In this document: one piece after another, positions 23,514-35,328 of the stretch
Layout: every line of letters begins with the position of its first letter
How positions within the stretch are numbered: the stretch's first letter is position 1
Source: Trichodelitschia bisporula
Lineage: Eukaryota
Length of the DNA stretch: 64,000 nucleotides
NCBI GenBank assembly: GCA_010356995.1
Contig: ML996700.1
Location: forward strand, 248,001 to 312,000
Direction of reading: 5' to 3'
Program-made: the position numbers and the translations under genes
Notes under the pieces: model-generated
What the model saw: the letters and a program-made list of their open reading frames with translations, nothing else
Databases searched by the model: none
Told to the model about the DNA's origin: nothing

Positions 23514-24931
23514 ATGGCACGTCGCAGAGTTAAGAAGCGCACACATGTCGGTGCCAAAAATGGCCCACACCCGAATCCCACTGGCAGGCCCATGGACCGT
23601 ACGCCCAAGAGCATGGTTATCCGTATTGGTGCTGGAGAGGTTGGGCCGAGCGTGAGCCAGCTTGCGAAGGATGTGCGACAGGTCATGGAGCCAGGAACTG
23701 CGAGTAGGCTGAAGGTGCGTGCGATAGTGGACGGCACCGAATGGTGATTGATCTTGAACAGGAGCGCAAATCCAACAAGCTGCGAGATTACACCACCATG
23801 ACGGGACCGCTGGGAGTGACGCACTTGCTTCTATTCTCGCGGTCCGATACCGGGAACACGAACATGCGTCTGGCCATCACGCCGAGGGGCCCGACATTGA
23901 ACTTCCGCGTGGAAAACTACTCCCTTGTTAAGGACATATTGAAGGCGCAGAATCATCCCAAGACCTCAAAGCAATTGTTTCTCAATGCTCCTCTTGTAAG
24001 TCTTTACTGTCGTGCTTGACATACATCCAGCTAACCAGCGAAGCTTGTGATGAACAACTTTACAACGTCCGGCTCGACTGCGGAGTCCTCGACAGCCCCG
24101 GCAGTTCCGAAGCAGCTGGAGTCTCTCGTGACAACCGTGTTTCAGTCCCTCTTCCCTCCTCTCAATCCACAATCCACACCCCTCACTTCCATCAAGCGCG
24201 TTCTTCTCCTAAACCGCGAACCGCCCAGCAATGCGGACAACAGCACCTACACTATCACACTCAGGCACTACGCCATCAGCAGCAAGGTTGCCGGACTCCG
24301 TAAGCCGATTCGCCGTATCAATGCTGCTGAAAAGGTAACCACCAAGGAGCGCAAGGGCAAGGGCGTACCGAACCTGGGAAAGCTCGAGGATGTGGCCGAT
24401 TACCTCCTCAACGAAGATCCGGGAGCCTACACATCTGGCAGCGACAGCGAACCCGAGACGGACGCTGAAGTTGAGGTCCTGGCTTCGACAACAAAGAAGA
24501 TTGTGGGGCGATCCAAGAAGGAGAAACGTGGAGATGGAGAGGGCTCCAGCAAGCCAGGAGTCGAGAAGCGGGCCGTGAAATTGACGGAGCTAGGTCCGAG
24601 AATGCGACTAAGGCTGATAAAGGTCGAGGAGGGTCTTTGTAGCGGGAAGATTATGTGGCACGAATACATCTCCAAGAGCAAGCAGGAGGAGAAGCAAATG
24701 GACGCTACTTGGGACAAGAGACGGAAAGAAAAGGAGGAGAGGACACGGATCCAGCGGGAAAACGTTGAGAGAAAACGGAAGGAGAAGGCATCGAAGAAGA
24801 CTACTAAGGCCGATGATGCGGATGAGTATGACGAGATTGATGAGGCGGACTGGGATAGCGATGAGCTGGAGTATGTCGGTGCCGAGGACGCTGAGGATGA
24901 GGAAATGGAGGATGCCGAAGACGCCAAGTAA
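23514..24931 (+). CDS. SSF1: Brix-domain ribosome biogenesis protein Ssf1/Peter pan
   Basis: MARRRVKKRTH, PKSMVIRIG, VRQVMEPGTASRLK|ERKSNKLRDY..GPLGVTHLL, PRGPTL, LTELGPRMRLRLIKVEEGL; introns 23715-23761 and 23996-24043. Confidence 0.93.
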
Positions 24932-26087
24932 ATGGGCAATGAAGATAGGTTGGCTAACCGTTGGCGTTGCTGCTGTAATACACTTTGATACCCCAGTATC
25001 CATTACTGCTCTCGCTCTTGCTGTGAAGGAGTGTACTCCATATGATATTTAAAAACTGGGGTTTCACAATGCCGGAGCCTGTCCAGATCTGATATCGGAT
25101 GTCCTCCGATCCGGAAGGAGTCAAACCAGCCGATGGGAAATCCCACACGTATTTATACCTGGTCATATTCCATGTCAGGCAAACACTCAAGCCTGGATGT
25201 AGTTGAAGGATGAGCTCACTTCAGGGGCGATCAATTGATTAAACTCGTTATATCGATGCAGCAACTTCTGAGAATGTGATCCAGTGCTACAGACATATCG
25301 CTTGTAGCTCTCCCCGTCTTCTCATACTGGGGGGAGTCCATACTTGATATCGGAGATATCTGATCATATTATTCCGGAGTCCGGGGAGGCGTGAATGGGC
25401 CACACTGTGGACAGAAGTTGCCAGCCTAATCGTGGTTTGCGTCGAGAAAGACACCTGACATAGGGCATATGTCGCCGTTGTTAACAGCCTCCTCGCATTT
25501 TTCGACTCTTACTCATATCCCCGGCACTGATGTGGACTTGCTTGCGGCGAAACACGCGCTTGATCCCCCAGCACATCTTGGGAGTTTTGGCATGATGGCA
25601 TACTCCATTGAGACCTCCATGGGCCTGCGTGTGTTCCATGCGGGCTTTGTGCGATTCATTGTTCGGTGAGTGTTGCTGGTGATATCTCAACTAGCGATAC
25701 AGCGTAGTCGCCAACAAAGGCGGAATAATGCGACTGTTGAATGACGTGAATATTATCGACAACACCACACATCACATACCGCGTGCGAAACGGCAATCGG
25801 GAGCTCTCTGGCCTCGGAGCGCACAGGGATGAGAGAGACTTTCGAAAACGGGTCTATAGCAAGTGAGAAGAGAGAAGGGCGGAGGGTCAATCAAGGTTAA
25901 TTGAAGGCCCAGTATGCCATTGTCATGACAATTGTGATCGCATCTATTCCCCGTAGATCATGTGGAACGGACACCTAGTCCGAGGGCGAGGCAAGATGAA
26001 GTGCCGTCCAACTATCAAAAACTCTGGAATAAGCGGCCATAACCTCACCCGAGAGGGAAACTATGCCGCAGCATCCCCGAGAATCCA

Positions 26088-27624
26088 TCATGAAACACCG
26101 ACACCGGGCTCCAGCTTGAACTCCGTTGTCGCGAAGCCCCATCCACTCCCCATCGGCTCCTTTGACGCAACACGCTCGATCAATTTGCCTTTCATCTCCT
26201 TCGCCCGCTCGGTACACAGCTCATACACGGTGCACAAGTTGAAGAGGAGCGCCTGGAAAGCCGGTATCTCCGGATCGTCAATCAACCCTTCAAGGATGCC
26301 CCGAGCTTCAGTCAACTGGCCTGTATACAGCAGACACACAGCCAGGTTTTGCGCGACCAAGCCGTCGTGCGGAAAGTCCGCGTGAAGGGCGCGCCAGGCA
26401 GATATGGCGACAGGAAAGGCTCCGGCAGCCGTGTGGCTCAGAGCCCAGAGTATGCGGGTTGTAATATCGCCGCTGAACTCGTCTTGGTCTTCTCTTGTGC
26501 TTTCCCCATCGTCGGACGAAGGGGCCGCTGTCGAAGCTCTCCCTTCGGATTTCCCAGCGACCCGCTCCGCGCACGCCCGCGCAGCCGCCAAATCACCGAC
26601 ACGAAACCAAACCAGCGCCTCCATGACGGCGGCCTGGCGTGTGTTATCCTCCGGACCAGCGGTCTGCAACGTACGTAGATGCCGGCCGGCACTCTCGAGG
26701 TCGCCCATCTCAACCAGAGCGCTGGCGACCCGAATGCCCAAGTCGTGGAGACGGGACAGCCACAGCGCTTCCTCTTCAGGATGCGCTTCCTGACGCGCGC
26801 GGGTTATTTCCTGCCGTGCGTCTTGTGCCAGCACGTAGTAAGCCATGATGCCACGGCGCCATTCACCGAAGCCAAGGGCCTGGAGGCGGACGGCGAGGAC
26901 GCGGAGAGGCCAAGGGACGATATGAGCACCGGTTATGGGATGGGTGTAGAAGGCGCTAGTCAGGTCACCTAGAACTTTGGCTTCAGTGGCGGCTAGAGAA
27001 GTCTGGTTGACCAGTGTTAAGCATGCGAGTCGCGTGTAGTACAATGCAAAAATGGTGTCTGGCGCGGCGGAGACGGGAAGGCTGGTCAGCTGGCGGACGG
27101 CAGTGCTAGCAGCCGCATGGAAATGTCCGCCTGCTAGTAAAGTAGCCAGGGGGGTGTTGGGAGTGGGGGCATGTGGGGAGCGGAGGAAGGCGGCGGGGAG
27201 AGTAGGGGTAGGGAGCGGATGGAAGTTCTCCGGTCGCAGCAGAAATGAGAGATCCTTTGTTGTTGATATTGGATCAATGGTAGACGATGCCGTCGAGAGA
27301 GCCGGGGAGAATGGACGTGGGGTGCTGGAACGAACAGAGGTGGGCGGTGATGTTGGTCTACTGGATATCATAGAGTCGGATAGTGGGCTGGAACAGTGAG
27401 CTTCAAGCCAAAGACTCTTCATGAGGAAACCCACTCTTCCTGCTCTTCCAAAGGGCCCTTGGTTGATGGTTTGAGCAATGCGACTGGACATTGGTCAATA
27501 CGCGAGTTGAAGTATCAATACGGGGGGTGGGGGTGAATAACACACCTCGTCGCCGCTCATCACCGCTATGTGTCCTGCCATGACCTCTCGCAGCAGACAA
27601 GCGATGAGCCCGTACATTGTCCAT
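26088..27624 (-). CDS. TPR protein, TRAPPC12/TTC15-like trafficking subunit
   Basis: VPWPLRVLAVRLQ, NLAVCLLYTGQL..LLFNLCTVYEL TPR-like C-terminus; N-terminus assembled from ATG 27624 through two short introns (..PSTKGPLE..). Confidence 0.7.
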
Positions 27625-28582
27625 AACTTCAGTGTCGTAGATTCTCCAAGTAGAGTGATGTTTATGCTCAGGACATGGGGATGCGCATAACGTAACCAGA
27701 CTATCAAGGCGATCTAGATTCTAGTCGACGAGATGCAGCACTAGCCCCGCGGACATTGACGAATAAGATACAAAAGCTAAGGCGATCGGTATAAAACGAA
27801 ACGAGTTAAGCTGATACGAGATCACGCAGGAAGCTGCCGTTGAGGAGAACAGAAAGCCAGAAGGAGAAACTAGGTAAAAAGATTGAAGTGGAGGCAAACA
27901 AACAGGTACGGCAACGGATTATGGAGTTTGGTGATGGCTTGACGTCTGGTGGTTGTGGCTGAGGCGTTGAGCCACACGAGACCGTTTCTCGGCCTTGCTG
28001 CCTGAGGTTGTGGGATTGTGGAGAAAGGATAGGCACGCAGGCATCCAGGCACCAAAAAGGAAAGACGATACGGTACATGGAGAAAAGCGGAGTCGTCGGT
28101 CTCGTCCGATATCGGAATTAAATTTGCGGAGGTGACAGGGAAGGGTGACTGGTACAGACCAATCGCTGATCGTCCCATTCGCCACCTACCCCTCGTCCCC
28201 TGCCCACTCGCCCACTCCCCCCAGGCGCGCCTTCCCCAATTTCTAGTAAAAAATCTCTCTTTGTCGAAAGAAAAAGAGGCACACGAGAGTCATCAAACTC
28301 ACCTCAACCCTCATTCTTCCCGCTCGCCCACCCTTGGCCCGGGTATACGAAGACAAGAAGCACCCCCCCTCTTCTCGTCCCAGTCACCTTTCATCCTGAC
28401 TCACCCACACCCCCCCACCTCCATCCCCCCCCCTCCCCACCATTTCTATCAATTCGCTCTGCTGCAATTCCCCCCCCGCAGCGTCAACTTCCTTTTCCCT
28501 CTATTCCTCCTTCCCCCACCCCTCACGCGGGTAGAATACCAGACGACCTCGGTCTCGTGCCCTCCCGTGTCCACCACTCACA

Positions 28583-30781
28583 ATGCTCGCACAACGGTGT
28601 CGGAGCACCATTCGGTGCTTGAGCAAGGCTCGCAACTTCTCGTCAACTCCCTCCGTTGCTGCTGTCTCCCCGTATATACGTGCTGCCCAACCTGCGGTGG
28701 CCCCCAAGAACGCAACCGATGCGCCCAAACGGACACAGAGCACAGCGGCGTCGACTCCCGCCCCGGCAACACAAGAACGGCCTATTCCCAGCCCAGCATT
28801 CAATCGCGACGACCCGAAATGGGATCCTCAGCCATTGAGGCCGTACCGTGCCCAGGAGATGGACCACTCGTTTGTTGGCATGACTGGCGGACAGATTTTC
28901 CACGAGATGATGAGGCGTCATAAGGTTGACACTGTCTGTGCGTTTAACCTCATGTCTTGCTTTTGAATTGCGGACTCGAATCACTAATTCTTCCTCAGTC
29001 GGATACCCCGGTGGTGCCATTCTTCCCGTCTTCGACGCTATCTACGGCTCCGAGGACATTAACTTCATCCTGCCGCGGCATGAACAAGGTGCCGGCCATA
29101 TGGCTGAGGGTTACGCCCGCGCCTCTGGCAAGCCGGGTGTTGTCCTCGTGACGTCGGGACCGGGAGCTACAAATGTGGTGACACCGATGCAGGACGCTCT
29201 CATGGACGGTACGCCCATGGTTGTCTTTTGCGGACAGGTCGTTACGAGCGCCATTGGATCCGATGCCTTCCAGGAGGCAGATATGGTCGGCATCTCAAGG
29301 GCTTGCACCAAGTGGAATGTCATGGTCAAGAACATTGCCGAGCTCCCTCGCCGTATTAACGAGGCCTTCGAAATCGCGACTTCCGGCCGGCCCGGCCCTG
29401 TTCTCGTTGATCTGCCCAAGGACGTCACTGGTGGTGTTTTGCAGCGCCCGATTCCGGTCCATAGCTCGCTCCCGACTCATCCCAGCGCCGCCACCATTGC
29501 TGCCCGTGAGGCCTCCCGCAAGCAGCTTGAAGAGACGCTCAAGCGGACGGCCCACCTCGTCAACATTGCGAAGAAGCCTGTCATTTATGCTGGCCAAGGC
29601 ATCCTTGCGCGCCCTGACGGACCTCGCATCCTCAAAGAGCTCGCAGACAAGGCTTGCATTCCCGTCACGACGACCTTGCAGGGTCTGGGTGCCTTTGACG
29701 AAATGGATCCCAAATCTCTGCACATGCTCGGCATGCACGGATCCGCCTATGCCAACATGGCCATGCAAGAAGCTGATCTCATCCTCGCCTTGGGTGCCCG
29801 CTTCGATGACCGCATCACCCTCAGCATTGCAAAATTCGCTCCCGAAGCCAAGGCTGCTGCTGCCGAAGGGCGTGGCGGCATCGTCCACTTCGAGATCATG
29901 CCCAAGAACATCAACAAGGTTGTGCAGGCTACTGAAGCTGTTGAAGGTGACGTTGCTACCAACATCGCTCTCCTGCTTCCACAACTCGACCACGTTCCGG
30001 AGCGGCCCGAGTGGTTCGCCCAGATCGATGACTGGAAGAAGCGGTTCCCTTGGGCGTATGAGAAGGAGGGACCTAACGGCTTCATCAAGCCGCAGACGGT
30101 CGTCGCAACCTTGTCTGACTTGGTGGATCCTATCAAGGAGAACACAATCATCACCACCGGTGTTGGTCAGCACCAAATGTGGACCGCACAACACTTCCGT
30201 TGGAAGACCCCGCGTTCCATGATCACCTCCGGTGGTCTCGGCACTATGGGCTTTGGCCTCCCTGCGGCCATTGGCGCCAAAGTTGCCCGTCCCGATGCCC
30301 TTGTCATTGATATTGATGGCGATGCCTCATTCAGCATGACGCTGACGGAGCTGTCGACTGCGGCTGAGTTCAACATCGGCGTGAAGATCATCGTGCTGAA
30401 CAACGAGGAGCAGGGTATGGTTGTACAGTGGCAGAGTCTCTTCTTTGAGGATCGCTTTTCGCACACGCACCAGCGCAACGCCGACTTCGTCAAGCTCGGT
30501 GATGCCATGGGTGTTCAGGCCCGGCGCGTCTCAAAGCCGGAGGAGCTGAAGGATAGCCTTAAGTGGCTCATCGAGTCGGACGGGCCGGCTCTGCTTGAGG
30601 TTGTCACTGACCAGAAGGTGCCGGTGCTGCCCATGGTGCCCACAGGGTCTGGGCTCCACGAGTTCCTGGTGTATGATGAAGGTAAGTCATTCTTCCGTAA
30701 TCACGAAAGAACAAGTATTGATGTCATTTAGCCACCGTTACCGCGAGGAGGAATCAGACCCGGGAGCGTACTGGGCGGTAG
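28583..30781 (+). CDS. ILV2: Acetolactate synthase catalytic subunit, mitochondrial
   Basis: Presequence; FGYPGGAILP, PRHEQGAGHMAEGY, TSGPGATN, RFDDR, GVGQHQMW, TPP motif IDGDASF..NN; introns 28938-28998 and 30682-30731. Confidence 0.96.
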
Positions 30782-31546
30782 TTGTAATGGTGAATGTGAG
30801 CTTGGTTTGTTAAACTTTTGATATCATGCATTTGGCGCAACTGGCAAAAAGTTAACCATCATCTGCGGTTGCTTTAGCATAGGCTTGTTTTTCTGAGGGA
30901 TCCATGCCCGTCTATTTGATGTGGTTCGAAATCTGGTGGGGAGCGCTGCGGCACTCATTGCATTGGGATGGGGGTCCCAAAAAATAAACGAGGAATGGAG
31001 GGGGTTTGGTGGTGGGGGGCCGCAAGCTGATGGTGTCGGCGGTCAGATACCTTGTACAAATTACTAGGGCCGCGATGAAGTGACACAGAATGAGGAAGTG
31101 ATGTTGCTTTTCCCACTCGATGCGTCCTGGTATCTGACTCGGCTTGCTTTTTGCATCTCACTTCCCCAGATCCCGATCCCGGGCCCCGGTGTCCCGGAAC
31201 CAGGGCACCCCCAAAGCCACCGGCATCGCCCGCTGCAGCCAAGCCAGTCGAGAGCACGCGACGTCCCGCTCACTCAGGCGTCGAGGCGCACCGCGCCCTC
31301 CGGTCCGGCCGGGACGTGCTCCGTACATCGATGCAGCTACTGTAGCTCATCCACGCCGTCCGACCTGCCTCCGTCGACGGCACCTGTACACTCACACCGT
31401 CACCTCTCACCCACGCCTCTAATCACCAATATCTCGTCGCCGCTTGCCGCTCGCCGATTTTCTCCCACTACCGCGCATCGCGCCTACCCACCCCGAATCC
31501 ACCTTCCTGTCCCGACCGTAATAACAAACCCCCACCATACGCCGCG

Positions 31547-32190
31547 ATGGCTGACTTCGCGCCCTACCAGTCTGCCCCGCCAGACTACACCCGGGCTCTC
31601 TCGCCCCCACTACGCTCACCTAACGCCTCGCCGCCCGTGCGTGGGTCATCGCCCTATACGCCCGTTGCGGCGACGGTGTCGTCGGCGCCAGGATACCAGA
31701 ACCAGAACCAGGCGCGACCTCCTATGCCTGGGGCGTGGGGCGATGATGATGTAGACGTGTACACGACGCGGCTGGGCTTGCGTCTGGGAGTCGAGGCGGC
31801 GCTGGCGTATCTCTGCTTCCCGCCCGTGGGCGGGATCGTGCTGCTTGTGGTTGAGGGGCGGAGCGACTATGTGCGGTGAGTTTTACGCGCCCATGTATAC
31901 ATGAGGATGTAGCTGATGAAAGGAACAGGTTTCATGCGTGGCAGAGCACGCTGGTGTTTGGCGTGCTCTTCGTCGTACATTTGCTCTTTTCGTGGTCGCG
32001 GTTGCTCGGCTGGTTGTTTTTCTTGTTCGAGCTCATGCTCGCGGCGCGGCTGGCGTGGCGCGCATATACGGATGGTGGGTGCTCTGAGCGTGTCTGCGGA
32101 ACTCTGGCTAATGTTACAGCTGCGACACTGGATCGATACGAGGTGCCCTTCTTTGGGCCGCTGGCGAGCTCGGTTCTGGACGATGAGTGA
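31547..32190 (+). CDS. Small membrane protein, UPF0132-like
   Basis: MADFAPYQ..EAALAYLCFPPVGGIVLLVVE..SDYVR|FHAWQS plus hydrophobic helices ..|TLDRYEVPFFG; two short introns. Confidence 0.75.
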
Positions 32191-33083
32191 ATAGATGGAG
32201 GGGAGCATACTTGCGGCGTCTATGGGATATCTTGTCGTTCAGTTGTCTATGGGCGGTTCGGGAGGCAGATGGGTCTGATATTGTGGGGAACGGCGGGGAC
32301 ATGGCATTGGTGTTCTTCATGGCGTGGTGTTTGGGGCCGGCGACTTCTACTACTTCGCGCTGATAATGTGTGTTGACGCTATAATGATACTGATTCCACC
32401 ACTTCACGACGAACTTGCTTTTCCTGCCATGATCAATAGGCGCTTGAACCCACACTTGGTCCTGTATGGGGTACTAGGTACACGAGCCGCAACCTTGCGC
32501 CTGTTGGAACATGTCTACAAAAGGATCCGGTCAAGGACTTCTCCGTTGCCATCAGAGAAAAACTTCGGAGCACTACAAAGAAAGAGGAAAGAAACAAGAC
32601 GCCCTTCGACTGGTATATTACCCACAAGACAACACTTCGTGACTATGGGTCAGTGATTATTTTTTGCGAGCGAAGGGTTGCCTGGGCTTCACCATTCCTC
32701 TCCAACCAGCTCAAGGAGGCCTGCATGTACAAAGACCCCATAAAACACCCTTGCCCCGATTGTTGATACGCAAGCACCGTAAAAGAGTGAATATCCCGGC
32801 CGTCAGAGCACAAATCTAGCCGGCTATGCAGATGTGAAAATCGCCAACCCAGCCACTCCAAGCAAGTGCTCACAAGAATCGCCTTCAGAAGCGGTCGCAT
32901 AGCCTAAGGACCACTACCTTCCAATCGGATTCAGTGATACCAGTGACGCTTACGAATAAGCTCAGCACGGTAGAGGGCTAGTCGGACCTTCTTCCTAAGC
33001 TCCAAGCTCCGATCCTCCAGCCTCTGGCACTCCACCACAACCTTCTTCGTTCGGTTGTTGAACCAAAGGGACCTGTTCGGCGG

Positions 33084-34982
33084 TCATATCTCTTCCTCCA
33101 TCTCCGTCTTCACGAAGCTGTCTGGCACAGGTACGCTTGATGCCTTCAACCCGTCAGTCCACGGGACCTCGGGAATTGAGTTTGATCCAGAGCCTATGAG
33201 TCCTTCGCTGCCACGTCGAAGGTCACTTTCAAGGCCCAACTTTTTGCGAACACTTTCATCAAGCCCCGGTAAGCTGGACCGTTGCTTTTTGAAAGGAGAG
33301 CCGATGATGCTTTCTTGCGCAAGGTCGGAAGGTACGGAAGATCCCAAGGCACTCTTCGGTGCGGATGGAGTAGGTTGTAGACCGTTTACAGAAACAGAGG
33401 GGTCTAAGAGGGTTGCGCCGTTGTCGCTCGGAGTCGACACCGTAGGACTCGACTTGCGGGTCTGCGGGGTGGGAGAGTTTGCACTGAGAGGCTCCGCGGA
33501 ATGCTGGCGCTTGAGCTAAAGAGGCTCATTAGCACTAGCTGAGGAACCAGCAAAGGAATCATACCTTGATCTTCCGAACACCTTCAGTAAGCTTGTCCTG
33601 CTTCAACGCATCATCCGGCGACAGCAGATTATTGTCCAAAGTTGGCTCCTCAGCTGTCGTTGGCAGCTTCATGTCATCATCTTCGTCGTCGTCGCCATCG
33701 CTATCCATAGCATCTATATCAACCTTTCGGCTGTTCTTGCGCTTGTGAGATGCAGTGGGGTCGCGATAACCCGCAAAGTTTTTCGTTCCGGCGGTGCTCA
33801 AGGGTCCAAGATGCGAGAAGTCGATTTGGGCGGACTTGCGCTTCGGCGAGTTTTTGGCCTTCTGTGCGGAAGGCAGAATGCCCATCTTCTGAAGTTGCCC
33901 TACATAATTAGCAAGGCTCGGTGGGGGCAGAAAATGTGCTTACGCTCTCCCCGGTACAGGAATGTGAATACAGCGTAGGGACGGTTTGGCGGGTCAATTC
34001 CCGTCACGGTTTGCGTGCTGATAGACTTTGGGTCCAAAGTCTTAGGCTTCGCAAAGCTTGTCGTATGGTCAATATCGGCACTTCCGTCGGCGGCTTGACC
34101 CTCCTCGTCGTCATGCACGTCGAACTGAGGAGAGTACTCTCCCTTCTTGACTTCACCAGAGGCCAAAACTCGGAACAGCGCAATCTTGATCTGACCGGCG
34201 GACTCGGGCATCGGCTCATCATCATCAGAATCAGAGTCATCCGAGTACACACCATCATCACCAGAAAGACTCTCCACCGGTGCATTCTTGTTGTCTCCGT
34301 AGCGCAGAACGCTGTGCTTGTCCAGAGGCTTCTTGTCCGCTTCCTCATCACTGTCGATGGCTTCCTGCTTCATCTTGCGCTTCTTCTCAAACTTCTGCCG
34401 ACGACGCTCGATCTTCGCGGCGGCATCCTTGCCGTCAAGGTCGAGACCATTCAACCAACGCTCAAGGCCGACTTCGCGGAAGATGAACTCTTTCTCGGCC
34501 AGACCGCCGCCCTCGGACTCGGGTATGCTGACCCAGCGAGAGTTAACCCACGTTTCCTCACCTCGACGTAACAAAGTAGCCACCTCTTCCTTGGCACGAC
34601 CATCGAAGTAAATGTAAGCGGCGATAGTCTCGTTCGGCGACGTCGTAATTGGCTGGTAGGCGGCAATCTGGCCGGCGTGCTTGCCACGCGAGCCGCCATA
34701 CTCAGGCAGACCAGCTACTGTCTTCGGGCGCGGGTATGGGTCCTCGGGTGTCGGCTTGGGGATGGAGTAGGGAACACTCAGGCCGGGTGTAAGGAGGGTG
34801 ATTGAGATTGCAAAAGTGGATTGCTCGGGAATCTTGGAGGACGAACCCTCCTTCACCTTGGGTGGAGGAACCGGTATGTAGGAAGTGATGCGGTGATGGC
34901 GCGTCTGCTTCTGGATGGAGTACTCCGGAAGAGGCCCGTCCGCGGTGTGGATGCTCACCGCAAGACCGTGAAAGCACGGCAT
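33084..34982 (-). CDS. Hypothetical protein (beta-rich N-terminal domain, acidic/basic tail)
   Basis: MPCFHGLAVSIHTADGPLPEY..AAYIYFDGR..EFIFREVGLE..GQIKIALFRV..FTFLYR; introns 33900-33943 and 33516-33564 join three ORFs in frame. Confidence 0.78.
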
Positions 34983-35282
34983 CTTGGTGATGTTCGTGCA
35001 AATGGAAGGGGCGTGAAAGGGAAATTCGGAGGCAGGGAGGGATCGTGAGTTGTCCCCGGCGGTGGAGGTGCAACCGGGGCACACCTGAACACAGCAGCGT
35101 GTTGGTGCGGACTCAAATGCCGGCTTCCCTGAATATCCCAGCAACGAGAGGGGCTACAAAGGGCTGCGCGCGCGGGGAGAAGAGGTCAGCAAGCTCCTTT
35201 GGTGGTAGAAACGGGTAGGGGAAGCTAGGAGCTATGGTGTTGCGGGCGGGGATCAAACTCGAGTTGTGGATGAGATAGGTAA

Positions 35283-35327
<45 letters not shown>
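35283..35327. repeat. 45-nt poly-G homopolymer
   Basis: Uninterrupted G run read directly from the sequence. Confidence 0.9.

Positions 35328-35328
<1 letters not shown>

Noticed and set aside
24932..26087. 1.15-kb gap between convergent SSF1 and TRAPPC12-like genes
   Set aside because: No credible spliced ORF, RNA gene or repeat found on either strand.
29295..30222. Long alternative-frame and antisense ORFs over ILV2 (similar ones over NST1, the AT-hook gene and GUD1)
   Set aside because: Shadow ORFs expected from GC-rich codon bias; no recognisable motifs.
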